DNA of 63,601 bases, counting the filler, from Choristocarpus tenellus KU-1152 (lineage: Eukaryota; Protista; Phaeophyceae): assembly GCA_964200185.2 (NCBI GenBank). It is 12 parts of 12 records of this genome, joined end to end, with 100 filler letters (N's around TTAATTAATTAA, not from the genome) between each part and the next. Parts side by side here need not be neighbours in the genome. Positions count along the whole stretch, not along the records: positions 11,299 to 14,317 come from CAXNAD020022895.1; positions 14,418 to 16,989 come from CAXNAD020026668.1; positions 17,090 to 28,175 come from CAXNAD020002518.1; 9 more parts are not named here. One strand, written 5' to 3'. Under the pieces are notes generated by a model. It did no database searches and was not told where the DNA came from. It saw only the letters and a program-made list of their open reading frames with translations. Position numbers and translations under genes: made by a program. Shown piece by piece: positions 12,270 to 25,700 of this stretch (position 1 is its first letter; each line of letters begins with the position of its first letter).

Positions 12270-14100
12270 GTACCCATGTAGCCCACTTGTGCATGGAGTA
12301 GGAACTAAATTTGAAGTACACACATGGTTATGGCCAAAATTATACAGTGTGGTTCATATGTCGAAGGAGGTGATGACTTCTTCCCTTGACTCTGAAGAAA
12401 TATATTAGCTAACAAGATACCCACCCACATTCCGTTTGAGCAGGTACAACCTCTCCTAACAGAACACAACAAGTTGGTGGCCACCGGAAACGTGAAGGGC
12501 ACTGGGAAGAAGATTATGGCATGGCAACATAAAAAGGTCATCGAGGTTGTACGTTTTGTACAAAGTAGGAGGCGTTTGGATATTTTGTTTCAGTAATTGA
12601 AGATTGCATGCTCAAATAGATCGAGAAGTCAAAGTGAGCACTGCATCAACAGGAAACCAAGAAAACTGAAATAAAACGTTAGAAAACGATAGCAGGCCAA
12701 TAAAATTGTTCTTCGAACATATGCTGCACAGCATCAACTTCCCTACAAGTGATAAAAAAAAAAGACAGTATAGGTTACTCTGTGTCTTGCATTCCAACCC
12801 CATGCGATCAGTCAACACTTAGTAATGCTTATCATGCCTATTGCACTGGCTCCATAGGACATGTTTGGCCCAAAGTATTCTAGAGGGGTATTCAGGCGTC
12901 CATTTGGGGCTTGTGTGAACCTGCTGTGATATTCGTATCATCTGAGTGAACGTGTCAGATGTAACGGCAATTTCCTTCATCTGAACGCACCTTCCATTTC
13001 CACCCCCCTGCCTGTACCAAATTTGAAGAAAAATCCCTCGTAAAACGGGCTTCAAACTGGGGTATCTTGCGACACCCCATCAAGCACCGAATGGACAACC
13101 TAGTGTAGAGTCAAAGTATCTTAGAGGGTAGAGCCGCGTCCGCTTGGGGGCCGAAATCCATTGTTGTGATTTTGATGTAATATTGACTATTGTGTTTTGT
13201 AGGAAGTGTCAATATCCTTGTTCCAGATACATCTTTTCGTAACCTATACATATGACCTACCTAGAAACATTTAAAATTCGTACCCTCTAGGATACTTTCC
13301 CTCTAACATACTATGTGTTGATTCTCATTTTTCCACACCTCCCCGCCATGCCTCGATTTTGCTTATCGATTTTTCTGATTACCTTACCCAGGTATTTGGT
13401 GAGTGATCTCTTTGACATAGACTCTGTGGGTCTACTCTTTTTCTGTACCAGGGACATACCTAGACTTTGGCAATCAGCAGGAGTTGCCACTTGCACCAAT
13501 ACCTGCTTTTGTACTCTCCCCCCCACTTCCAGATATGATATACTCCGAATTATTCATAGCACTTTATGCCTGTAAGGTCTGCCTGTTCATGTATCTGGAA
13601 CCTTGATCTTAGCCTTTTCTTCGGCTCTCAAGAATTAAGTATATAACATGCACTAAAATCAAGGGGAAGGAGAAACTGCAAAAGAGGAATGTCGTAGTAT
13701 GTGTGATGCAATATGCGGCAGACAATCAAATTGGTGTAGATATTGCTACAAATCCACAGAGCAACAACCATGTCCCTGCTATGTTGGGGTGACTCTTCCT
13801 TGCCTTGCTTGGTTGTGTTCAAAAAGGTGGCGGACCTACTTGTGGCCCTTCTAGCTCTCACATACCCGATCCCAGCACCAACTTCGGAGCTACATGCTCA
13901 GCACCCATACAAGGTCCTCATTGTTGATACACAGATCCTGCGCCTGGTCCTACATGGACATGAGGGGGCGACACCAAACTCAGAAGGACAGCTTCAAAGT
14001 AGTGTTGGTAATCACAAACATCTCAGTGGAATCCGTCAGATCATGGGTCCGGGCATAATATCCACGAAGGCAGAACGGGGAAGGATGTTGATGGACACCA
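12270..14100 (-). mobile_element. Highly decayed Ty1/copia pol remnant (interrupted by MITE A at 13108-13303)
   Basis: Broken minus-strand traces resembling the RT start (AM..EY, LPK.R, KSR near 13330-13560) and a KxLYGL-like segment near 12820-12875. Many stops and frameshifts. Confidence 0.35.
13108..13303. mobile_element. MITE family A, internally deleted copy
   Basis: GAGTCAAAGTATCTTAGAGGGTA ... TACCCTCTAGGATACTTTCCCTC. Confidence 0.88.
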
Positions 14101-14142
14101 GGTTTGAACAAAAACTTTGTTTGAACAAAAACTGTTGTTTGA

Positions 14143-14317
14143 GAGCCAAAGTATCTTAGAGGGTAGAGCCGCGTTTATTTTGGGGGTTAAAATCCAATGT
14201 TGCGTTTTTGATGTAATTTTCGCTATCGTGTTTGTGAGGAAGTGCAATATCCATGTTCCAGACACACCTTTTCATAACATATACACTCTACCTACTCCTA
14301 AACATTTTGGAGTAGGA
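14143..14317. mobile_element. MITE family A, cut by contig end
   Basis: Short-arm TIR at 14143 plus family interior up to the linker. Confidence 0.88.
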
Positions 14318-14417
14318 NNNNNNNNNNNNNNNNNNNNNNNNNNNNNNNNNNNNNNNNNNNNTTAATTAATTAANNNNNNNNNNNNNNNNNNNNNNNNNNN
14401 NNNNNNNNNNNNNNNNN

Positions 14418-14563
14418 TTTTGGATACACCTTTTCATAACGTATACATTTTACCTGCGCGAAAACATTTTGGAGTAGGAAAATGTCATTAAAAAACCCAT
14501 GGGAAGCCAAGTCCCAAATGGACAAACAGGGCAAAACTCGTACCCTCAAATATACTTTCACTC
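14418..14563. mobile_element. MITE family A, cut by contig start
   Basis: Family interior and long-arm TIR ending TACTTTCACTC at 14563. Confidence 0.88.
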
Positions 14564-14992
14564 TGGATCTCAACACCAATGTTTTGGGTGGTTTTGCATC
14601 TCTGAAGAACAGGGTTTGCTTTGAGCATTACAGCACCGTTGATGAACTCGTGGACAGGGTTTCAGGCATGTTCCACGCGTACGACACAGACACTCTCAAA
14701 GGGATGGGGCAGAGTCTGTTTAAGAGGTACAATCAGGGGTTAAGGGCGCAGGGGGGGAACGATTTCGAGGTAGAGCATACTGTGACCAAAAAAAGGCAAC
14801 GGGAGGGCATGTTGGCTAGATAAGTCAAAGTAGACCGAGCTGCCTCTAAGGCGGCCCTGGATTGATGGGTTGACGATGTCGAATAAAGGCGCAACATAGT
14901 CTTGTAATGTAATATATTCTAAGAGATACAACGCAAATGTCCGTTTGGTAATAGGAGGTCATCCCAAAGAGCCACAAATTAACGGTACCAGT
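14564..14992 (+). mobile_element. Tc1/mariner transposase C-terminal remnant and probable 3' end
   Basis: DLNTNVLGGFASLKNRV...STVDELV...QSLFKRYNQGLRAQGGNDFEVEHT, same family as 4297-4830. A possible terminus ...GGTACCAG followed by TA lies at about 14990. Confidence 0.75.
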
Positions 14993-15002
14993 AATAGCAG
15001 CC

Positions 15003-15220
15003 TAAGATTTGTACACAATATTTTTTTCTATATAATTACATCATAAGATTTGTACACAATGTTTCCTTCGTACTAAAACGCAACGTAAGGTTTGTACGCG
15101 ACTGTTCTTTCCTATGAATCATAACCGAAGATCTGTACAAGATCTTCTTTCCTATCAAATCACAACGTAAGATTATACATGATTCTCTTTCCTGTTAAAT
15201 CACAACCAAAGGTTTGTGTA
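15003..15220. repeat. Degenerate tandem array, 40-42 bp unit, 5 copies plus a partial
   Basis: (T/G/A)AAG(A/G)T(T/C)TGTAC-like heads at 15003, 15044, 15086, 15127, 15168 and 15208. Confidence 0.8.
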
Positions 15221-15549
15221 TCCAGATGAGGTAGGGACAGATCACCAATACACAATTATCTTCTCTCGACCCATAGGGACAGATAATATATACATATTGA
15301 TAAAATGGAGAGCTATATATCTACAAATCATGAGTACATCAACCAAAAAGATATATTGACAAATCGTGATTCGTACGTCATTCTTCATATTTTATTATTA
15401 TACCCTCTATTCTTCATCATTGAGTTGTACTCAATACATGATTTATTGCTACAAGATTTCTGGGTAGAAATTATTTTTACATCTTCGCCACTCCTTCCAA
15501 CTTAACATATAAATGCTTGTACATATTTTTTTCTACTCATTTGTGGTTC

Positions 15550-16300
15550 ACAAATGAGTCATACAAAGTAGGGAACCATTCGCTTTTTGCAATTTTTGAC
15601 GCAAAATTCATTTTGGATATCACTCTTCCCTGCTTCGCCTTTTATGTCGAAGCTCTCACTCTACCCTGTGTGGTGCATTGATAAGATCAGAAACCCTGTA
15701 TCCCACAGGTATTCTTTCTACCTACAGGAAAGTCCTACCGATTACACAGTGGCACTCACATTGAGCTGTCTGTTTTAGGGTTCCAAAATTGGGATTCCTA
15801 TACTCTCGACCTGCCAAGGTCCAATGAAGCAACAATTTTTGCATGTGTTAGGCAGGAACCTCGAAATCCTACCTACAAGGGGTTTCCAGCATTCAAAACC
15901 GTTCACGACATGTATGTGATCCCGCACAGGGCTATCACAATTGGGACTCTAAGGACTTTGGGACATAATAGATCGTGATGACAAGGGCAATCCCTTTCTT
16001 GTGATCTATCGACGACACTGAGTGTTGCATTAGAAAGATCAGAGCACTTTCGTTCTGCAAGTATAATTTTCGTTCTCAGGGGAGTCCAAGTGGTTGTGGA
16101 ATGGCACCTAAAAGTTGAGAGGTCAGTATGAGGGTTGACCGATCGGTTGGGAATAATCTCAACCTGATGGTGACCAATGAAGTAACGGACTCTTTCATGT
16201 GGTAGCTGGGAACTCTAAGGGGCTCCCCACAGTCTCAGATATATATAGTTAAAAGTCGTTTACGAGATGTGAATGATACCACTCAGGGGTGTAGCAATTG
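15550..16300 (-). mobile_element. Decayed Ty1/copia gag-pol remnant (protease / integrase region)
   Basis: LRVPSYHM at about 16190-16220 resembles the LDSGASYHM protease motif. It is followed in copia order by a CxxC-like segment at about 15925 and a PQ.NG.VER-like segment at about 15650-15680. Confidence 0.4.
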
Positions 16301-16508
16301 GAGTTTTGAGGACGTAGCGACAGAATGGATCATTGGGAAGCAAATGCTTGAAGAGAAGGTGGGTAATGGACTGAAACGCGTGAAAGAGGGAGGAAGACAA
16401 TTGCGGAGTTACTAGTCTTGGGTGAAGCTAACAGAAGTTGAACTGAATTCGACCAAGGAAAATGAAGAGAGCGAGCTGAAGGAGAAGAACTACGTTGCTT
16501 CCCCTTGC

Positions 16509-16767
16509 GAGTGAAAGTATCTTAGAGGGTACGAGTGCTGCCCTGTTTGTCCATTTGGGACTTGGTTTCGCACGGTTTTTTATGTCATTTTCCTACTCCA
16601 AAATGTTTCGGAGTAGGTAAAATGTATACGTTATGACAAGATGTGTCCGGAACAAGGATATTGATACTTCCTAACAAACATGATAGCCAATTTTTTTTAT
16701 CAAAATCGCAACATTGGATTTTGGCCCCCAAATGGACGCGGCCCTTCCCTCTAAGATACTCTGGCTC
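16509..16767. mobile_element. MITE family A, full length
   Basis: Both TIRs present; flanks TTGC / TTGT (3 of 4 TSD match). Confidence 0.93.
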
Positions 16768-16887
16768 TTGTACCTAGGATGATATTTCTAGAGCATTAGA
16801 GATCAAGGAGGATGTAGAAAAGCAAAATGTACTGGTGGTAAGAGGTGATTGACAGACTTATTAGGGCGTCTATTGAAGTAAATTTTA

Positions 16888-16989
16888 GAGTGAAAGTATC
16901 TTAGAGGGTACGAGTTTTGCCCTGTATGTTCATTTGGGGCTTGGCTTCCCTTGTTTTTTTTTTACATTTTCCTACTCCAAATGTTTGGA
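16888..16989. mobile_element. MITE family A, cut by contig end
   Basis: GAGTGAAAGTATCTTAGAGGGTACGAGTTTTGCCC long arm. Confidence 0.88.
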
Positions 16990-17449
16990 NNNNNNNNNNN
17001 NNNNNNNNNNNNNNNNNNNNNNNNNNNNNNNNNTTAATTAATTAANNNNNNNNNNNNNNNNNNNNNNNNNNNNNNNNNNNNNNNNNNNNCCTCCCCAGAT
17101 ACTTTGGGTCGGTTTTGGAACTTCCACTGTATACCTGTCTCTGTTAATATAGTCGATCGAGTGAAATGCAATATTTTCACACTACTTCAAAAAACGTAAA
17201 ATGGTTGTGAATCCTTCGAAAACAATTAATTTCCATTGTGTGCCAAGCTGCGAGTGATCACGTGCACAAATATCCTCTGTTGGTGTCTTGGGCGAGTAGA
17301 ATATTTGGTGCTCACAAATCCGCTCTAGGTGAGATCTTGTAGAAATTGGACATCTAGCTTTTGTCACCTGCTCGTACCTTGTGTTGATGTGAGGTGTGAA
17401 CATCTAATCGTTTTGGATTATTCCACCGGTTTCATAACTGTGGTAGTGT

Positions 17450-19650
17450 GCCTGCCAACGAACATTGCTGCTCAATCAAGTCCCCGTTGATATCTTACAC
17501 CAGTTGAACAGGTACGGAGATCAGAAAACAGGTTTAGATTCTCCCAATGTTTTTATTACTAGCTGCCACTGTGTGCTTCCCTGTGAACGTTTTGTGCAAG
17601 TCAACCTGTTCGTTTCTTGTTCAAATTCGGGTTTGAACAGAGAGGAAACGATGTCGGATCCTTCCAATGGTTTTGAAACTGTCTGCATGTGCCAAACTAC
17701 GACCATAGCTGCTCGATTTACGTGACACTACCATGGACTGAGCCAAAGTAAACGAGAGGTACCCAGGCTTTGACTGTTTTGTATTTTAAGCCAGTGTTTG
17801 AGTCAATGTATCTTAGGGGGCAGAGCCGTGTCCGTTTAGGGGCCAAAATCCGATGTTGTGATTTTGATGTAACTTTGTCTATCGTGTAGGTTAGGAAGTG
17901 CCAATATCCTTGTTCCAGACATACATAATACCTACTTCAAAACGTACACATTTTACCTATTCCGAAAAAATTTGGAATAGGTAAAATGTCATGTAAAACT
18001 CCCCTGGAAAGCCAAGTCCCAAACGGACAACCAGGGCAAAATTCGTACTCTCTAAGATACTTTCACTCTTAACCTTTCGCAATTCACCCATATTTCAATG
18101 GGCGAAGTGCTAAGTCTAAATTGAGAACGTTGATTTCTCTACTGTTAGAAAAACTTTGAACACAACCCAAAAAATATCCTGCATGCATTTCAAAAAAACG
18201 AATTTTGTGCATATGTGTCAACATCTTTAAAATGCAACTCTGGGTACCTCTCGTTTACTTTGACTCGCTGTCTCAGACATGCGGGTGGGGGGTTCCCCCT
18301 AAATGCTACAGGCTATACGTTTTCCTGGATGGCCCTTTGTGATTGGTTGGTAGGTGCACTAGCAATCAGGGCTGACATGATACCTTCTAACATGTCATAG
18401 GCAACTCATCATCCGCTGGGTGGAAACACATAGTCGATGATATTATTATTCTGTTTCATTTAACAAGAGCTAGAATAATGTGTGATCAGAAAGCACCAGC
18501 AGTGGTCAGCAAGTGTCTGCGGTACAGGAGCTAAAAACAGAAGAACAGCTCCAAGAGTCCACTCCAAGTTGGGGGGAAATTTTTCTCCTCTTCTGCATTG
18601 CCTTCAGTAGGAACATCCCTAACTAGTATTGTTAGTCCAGGATCAGATGCCGATTACTTCCATCATATACAGAAATTGGGAGTAGGAGGAACAATCAGTT
18701 CTCACACACTGTGGTCACGCAGCAAGTACTAGGATTTGGAAGGCTATTCTTAACCTCCTGTCTGTCGTCATTTTAATGACCTTTTGTCATAATTGGTCAG
18801 AAACATGTCCTTTGGACTGCCTAACAACTTCTTCCCTTCTTCTATCTTTGACAGTACCAGGGGAGAATCAAAATAATATCCTCATTGAAAGGATCATGCA
18901 CATGGAGTGCGGCACTGATTGCATCACTTGAAGCATCTTTCACGATGGTGGGACATATCACACAAATATCAGTCAAGAAGGATTTATTTTGTCATCATTT
19001 TTCATCTGAAATGGTGACTTTTGTTTCTGTGTTTGTGTGACCACCCAAGTGCGGTTTGCCCAGGTGTGGAGCATGATGTAAGACAGATACATACACAAAA
19101 CTATTTCTATGGACACCAATTAGAACAAGGGTGTTATGCAGCGATACCTAGAAGCCTGTCAGGTGTGAACTAGCGAACACTTCTTTTGCATAACTTTTTC
19201 CTCAAGATGAAATGAGTGTATGACGTGGTGATAGTTGGATTCCTCTTTGAAAGTAGGTCGAGTAGGACCTTTCAAACCGTTGTGATCCACTAAGCATAGA
19301 TAGCTTGGTCACAGTGTGAGGATCAAGGAAATTAATTGCACCCTAGCAGCAAGTGCATGTATTGCAGAGAGAAAGGCCAGAGGCATCAAAATCAAATGCG
19401 TGTGACGTGACCATGTAGCGTTGATGTGCGAGGGAGTGAGAGTCAGTCACAGTGGAGTGAAGAATCATTTGTTAAGTGCCATAATTTTTTTCATAGCTTC
19501 TATGTGAATACCCTTGGCCTATCATACATAGCTCTGAGCAAGTCACAACCAAAGATGCCGAGAACCTGTGTGGTGTTCTCTGCTCCCTCCCAACATTTCT
19601 ATGCTGATAGGTGTAACCCTTGCGGGTTAGGTAGGCATCCTCTGTGCAAA
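17450..19650 (-). mobile_element. Decayed Ty1/copia RT-RNaseH remnant, interrupted by nested MITEs at 17740-18266
   Basis: Minus-strand traces in copia order: HAFDFDA..AFL-like (about 19370-19400), QAIYA (KAIYGL-like, about 19290-19310), RRSTSGY...GG.ISW-like (about 18270-18335). No intact ORF. Confidence 0.45.
17740..18266. mobile_element. MITE family C carrying a nested family A copy (17800-18068)
   Basis: 27-bp TIRs GAG(C/T)CAAAGTAAACGAGAGGTACCCAG at 17740 and inverted at 18240-18266. The uninterrupted junction is seen in the fragment at 29523-29590. Confidence 0.88.
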
Positions 19651-20050
19651 TAGTATCTTCACACTACTATTGAAACAAAAGAGAAGCAGGACAACAGTGT
19701 ACGATAGTATGTAGATGGGGTACAAACAAGCTTAGAGATGAATAGAGCTGGCACAAAACGCATATATACATGAAAGTTTAGCATAGGAGGCGGACATGGT
19801 TGGCATAGGTACATGCGCGAGACCAGTAATAATCAACTAGAGGGGCCTGTCGGTTTCCATGAAACAATATCCATCAACAACCTTAACACTAAACCCCTAC
19901 AAAAAAAAAGTATCAGTCATTTCACATGATCGTGCGCACGAGAAGACACACAAGAACGAAAGCTGGTACTACCATTAATAACGCCATAGACAAACTGACA
20001 AACGTATAGACGGATGAGTAGCCGACCCTTTGATTATCCTCTTTTCTTTG

Positions 20051-20231
20051 CGCTCAAAGTATCTGGGAAGGGGGGGGATCTACACCAGAGGGTCCATTCT
20101 CGCCCTGACCAGGAAAAGTGCACTTATATTATCCATCCGATGGATGGAACCAAATCACCCCAAAATCACGACATGTAAAAATGGGCCCAGAATGGACAGC
20201 CGCCACACTCCCCCCCAAATACTTTCGAGTC
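20051..20231. mobile_element. MITE family B, full length with 4-bp TSD
   Basis: CGCTCAAAGTATCTGGG... / ...CCCAAATACTTTCGAGTC flanked by TTTG on both sides. Other B fragments: 17090-17110, about 28096-28175, 39322-39353 and 50586-50692. Confidence 0.88.
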
Positions 20232-22416
20232 TTTGGAATCTGTGCTCTATGTATGTATTACGTGGTGAAAGTTTTTGGAATTGCAGTGTATTTAGTTTGA
20301 GGATGCTCGTGGTAAAGGTCACTCTTTGTGGAAATGCGATGTTTGAATGGAAGGCTGAAGTCTCTGCTAGTCTCTGTACGTCACTGACAACCAAACGACT
20401 GCCTAACCTGTAGAACGTTTAGACGACGTATTATCTACATGATCTATAATATGTGGGTTTTGAAGCATGGGTGGGTACTATGGACAGTGGATATATATAT
20501 GTTACCAAGGATAAATATTCTCAGGGACATCATCTACAGTACCACCTCAATCACCATAGGCAACCATTGTGCTATAAATAAGCACACCATGCAGTAATGC
20601 ATACCACAACAAGGAGAGTACGTTGATAGATGTCTATCTATTTGTTCAATACCTGCCATAGAATCCTTGCAACATGCAATAAGCAATATTACCTTGGAGA
20701 GTAGTGAGCCCTGCTCCCACATTCGCCACCCCAGTCCACTCTGCTCAAATAATACGTATGTTTATATTTGTATGCGCAGGTGACCCTTCCAAAATAATCT
20801 GATGCACATAGTCCATTAAGACAAATACAAAAATCATCACAAAATCACCATTTATTTCCTTATTTACAATTGCTACAGGTGATCACAAAACAAACTACCA
20901 AAAAATCCCTGCTAGACAAGGCTAACTTTTTTCCCCTTGAACTGAAGGAGCAAGCTAAGTAGTGGACAGGGCAAGTCTTTCACTCCTACATAAAATATGT
21001 AAAATATATATAGCATATAAAAATCTACTATCGATAATGGCCACCTATCAACAATAAAGGGAGCAACATGAAAACAAACTAAACATATGATGGCCAGCCA
21101 TGATCAACCAACCCTTGCTGAATGCCCTGACAATCTTGTCCCAGAACAACAAAATATGAAGGGCAACCAGACTTGAAAGGAATCGACTTTATCAGGGAGC
21201 CGGTTCTGTATATTGGATTGCGCCCTTGTGAATACATTTCCCGTCCCACTTTGTGATGACCTCCCGCTGTTTTGTTGTGTTTGACGACACATATCCACAG
21301 CGCACGTGATTGACGATGCCAACAGCTGTGCTATAGAGACAATACTGGGCCCACTCTCAATAAGAAAAACATCCTCTCTAACGTCACAGCAGTACAAGAA
21401 CACTGTCTGCAGTTGCCACAATGCACTCATAATGTCCTCATCAAGTGTATTGTAGCTACAGCTGGACACAAGTCTCAGTTTTACGAGATGGAAGTATGGT
21501 GGGAAGTGCACTGTTGCCGTGCTGTTGCCGTGCTGTTGCCGTGCTTAGCATGTGTTGTCATGAAACATAGCTAACGCCATTGGCATCTCCCTCCACAGTC
21601 TGCCAATGCATTACAATTTTGCCATGCACAGGAGGAGTGGTTTTGAGTAACCCTTGAGCAAATAATACTCTATCGAGCCATTAACAGTAGCGCCTAACTT
21701 TTCTGGTGTTCAAGTCTATGATACTTGGAAGGCAAATAGGTGTAAATTAAAAACACCGAAGAATATTATGCACCATACCATGCCCTCTTGCTAAAATCAA
21801 TTAAGCACAGAAAAAATGTGTATCCACTTGAATCGTATCTATATCTACTTCCTCTCCAACATATGCAAAGCACAGAACTAGTTTTGTGTGAAAAGGCCAG
21901 GAAGTGCAGTGTCCTCTATACATTCATGCTGCCCAGTCTTCACTACAGCACATTGCATAAGAAAAGGTAATCACTACATCATATCTATCACACATATCTG
22001 TCCCCTCTCTGATTGCATTACTATAAAATAAGGAAAAAGCATACTGCTGAGGGACACTACCCTTGTAGTGCCCAGGAGTAATTCATTATACAACCCTCCC
22101 CACTTCCTTTTCCCGAGTACTATTGAAAGCGTCCAGTCTGCACATTCATTCCTCTACTCCAGAGCCCCACATATATCGTTAAATGTTGCTTCCTAACCCC
22201 CTATGACTAGAAATACTCCACAGCACACATTACTAAACTCCAAGGCGACGAGTACACAAGGGAAGGAACTGTACCTTCAAAATTACCATCTGAAACAATT
22301 GTTGCACTTGATATTAGAACAAACTGTCGGCCTTGGAAGTTCCAGAGAGTTATCAAACGAGCAATGTTAAGAGGGGGAGAGCAAGGTGGAATTTGATCTT
22401 CTCAACACTACGAAAA

Positions 22417-22686
22417 GAGCCAAAATATCTTAGAGGGTAGAGAGTTGTGTCCATTTGGGGACCAAAATCCAATGTTCCGATTTTGATGTATTTTTGGCTA
22501 TCGTGATTTTAAGAAGTGTCAGTATCCTTGTTCCGGACACACCATTTCATAATGTATATATTTTACATACTCCAAAACTAATCTGACATTTCTAAAAAAC
22601 ACGATAGCCAAAGTTATATCAAAATTACAACATCGGATTTTGGTCCCCAAATGGACACGACTCTACCCTCTAAGATAATTTGGCTC
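22417..22686. mobile_element. MITE family A derivative made of two inverted short arms (foldback)
   Basis: 22417-22520 is an inverted repeat of about 22583-22686; the long arm is absent. Confidence 0.85.
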
Positions 22687-22760
22687 CGCTCAAAAGCAAT
22701 AATAATAACCCAACTTCGAAATAAGGGTAAATGGGGGGGAAGGGGGGGTGGGGTACACAC

Positions 22761-25700
22761 CGTGACACTGGTGTTCTTGGGAGACTTGGGTGAGATAGGT
22801 AAGATAGATATGGCCACTGGGATAAACACCAAGCCATGGTATACCTGAGGAGTTCAGTGCAATGAAAGACAGAACAGAAGGGGATTAGAGGTGAAACAGA
22901 TAGAGAAGGACATACAATAGACACTTTCTATGTACATGATCGCTGCATCAGGTAAGACAAGCATCGTATTGCAATAGGACGCTGCGCATCAGTTCAAGGC
23001 TAAGAGTGCAAAGAATACAAAAGACCAATTCACTAAACGTAACCTTAAATTGCTCTGCAATAGGAACTCAATAAATATTTATATTTTATTTAGAAAACGT
23101 TGCAAGGTCTCTCTTACCCCAAAGGTGATTATGCACAGAAACATTCTGAAGAATACTCGGAAGATGACATTAGAGGCGAAGGCCATTGGGATGATGCCAA
23201 CGAATGTGGTAGTTGCTCCAAGCAGCACCGAGGGACCAATCTCTCCCAATGCCACTGTTATCCTCTCATGCTTCGACATACCTGGGTTCTATAGGAGGAG
23301 GAATACACGCACGAGGGAGGGGGGGTGAGGAAGGAGAAGAGTAGCTTTGATTCTCAGGTGAAACGATGTCAGAGCCACCAAATCTATAACAATACGTAGA
23401 ACACTCTCACAACTACATTGCAAAGATTGGTGCCTGAGCAAGGATTTCATGTAGCTAGAGCACGCTGACTGCAAAAAAGGAGTATATATGTATAACTTGC
23501 AAAGAGGGAAGAACAAGGAATATCTGGATCAATACCTGGTGCAGAAAAAAGTGCAGAACATGCACCATGTAGTCTACAACAAGGCCAACTGCCATAATCA
23601 GCTCTAAGGAGACAGATCACCCCAGGCGATGATCACCCCAGGCGGCGCAGGGTGTAACACATAGCAGAGAGGTCAAGCATAGCAGTACAGAAGGATGGTA
23701 GGAGGGTATGACAGGATATGGGAGGTGAGTCATACAAGTTCTCTATTTGGTCATTGTAAAATCGTATCTGATAAGACTCTTCAGGCCAACATTAATGTCC
23801 TTATGTAGAGATCGCAGGCATAAAGGAACAGTAGCTAAAGCCCTGTCCAAACGAGTAAACTCCGTGAAAGGTGGTGGTGAGGGTTGGGAAGGGGGGGCGG
23901 GGTTCAGCCTGGGAAATGTAATACCTATTCCAGTGATGCTGTTGATGTCCAGATCCCAGTAGTAGATGAATCCCAGTAGCTCTACATCAATAGCTACCTG
24001 GCTCAGTAGAACCAGGGCATCCGTGTCAGGAAGGAACAAAACGAACAGGGACAAAAAAGGCAGGGGTGGATAGAAACAAGTGATAGAAACAAGTGATAGA
24101 AACAAGTGCTGAGCCTGTGGAGGCAAAGATGGGTGAGCAGGCAGGGTGGGAATCGGGTTTGGGCTTCTGGCATATAAGCAAGATGTGACATTATGAAGCA
24201 AATATAATTGTAATGCCCTGAACGCTTCCAAGATAATTCCTACCATCATGTGATTACTGAATTACAAGTAGGTGCATCATTGGCCAGAGGTCTTCAGCAG
24301 GCTGCAAGTAAACTGTCAACGTTTTGCACACTTAGCGGGCAGAACTACAGCTCCAAGCCACTGCACGTCAAGCTACATCACATCAGGCCAGGAACTAAAT
24401 GTAAGTAGAGGTAGGGGCTCACCAGGGTCACACATGCCAAGATGGCTGCCTGGAGGCTGCCAAGGACAAAGAGACTTAGGACAAATACTGCCACTAGGGC
24501 GAGAGCAAAGTTAACCAGGAGCTCCTTATACCTGAGATAGTAGAGGGTGAGAAGAACAAGGTAAAGAATGTTGTACAATAGTGTCCTGACAACAAAATCA
24601 TTCGGGCTCATCACATGTTGTAGGCTATAGTCAATCGTACAAAGGGAATGTCCAATAACTTTCATTGTGTTACTAACGATATTCTCTTAAAGTGTGCTTC
24701 CTCGTCGAAAATGGCACATACACACGTCCTTCAACGAAATACAATGCCATACCCTCATTCTTTTCTTCGCCGTGGCATGATATTAGCAAGTTTCAATAGT
24801 TTCAATGATATGATGCAAGGCGGTTTCGATAGACTCATTAGTTCACCAATTGGGTGACAGATGAGAAACAGCGCTCGAATCGAGGTTGGTGCCGAATGGA
24901 AGAACAGGAATGGTAGTCAAGTAAGGCCTCAATGCAGGCGTCTCACATGACAAGGAATTGCTCAGTGAAGATGAAAACTCCACTGAAGGCGAACGGTTCA
25001 GGGCTAAGGTTAGTATTGTCGACAACATTGCGGACACTCCTGATAGCATCCACGTTGCTATCAACGGTTTCCACGTCTAGCAGAAACATTTCGCTACGAC
25101 TTATCTGTTGGGAGAACACAACATGTACACAACAACAAACAAGGGCATGGATTGGGATTAGTGTGAACTTGTTTGGCTGACTGTGGTCGATGAGACATTA
25201 CGGAGGATGATTGGAGTGCTGGTTTCATAAGGAAGATGTGAGGGGTAACCGTACACAAATACTATAGTCAAAACAACGTTACACTTACCATTTCCAGTTA
25301 TAATATTTTTGACACTCCTATGTATACCCTTATAGTTGCATAGTAGTACCGCTTCTCGAGTATATATTTTGAAGCATATTTTTATGTGGACTGATATAGT
25401 TTTCATTGGTTTCCCCCTGACACATCTGCAAAATGTCAGAGGGCATAATAATAAAAATATAGGGTATATAGTGTCACGGGAAGAAAAAGAAGAAAACCAC
25501 AAAAAAAACTCGATCAATGGAACAATGAGTGTGTACTATTACAAAAATGGGCGTATCAACACAATACTACAATAACTGTGTGAATATTATATTATATTAT
25601 ATAAAAACAAGAAACAGATGTCTTCCTCCAGTACAACTACCGCCTAGTTTTCTGGTACATCAGATTGCAAATACTGTCGATCAAAACCATGATTATCACC

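Noticed and set aside
14143-14563. One MITE spanning the linker, implying the two contigs are adjacent
   Set aside because: The two halves overlap by about 55 nt of family sequence but differ at several positions, so they are different copies.
15003-15220. CRISPR-like repeat-spacer array
   Set aside because: The variable parts are homologous to each other and the conserved part is only about 12 nt.
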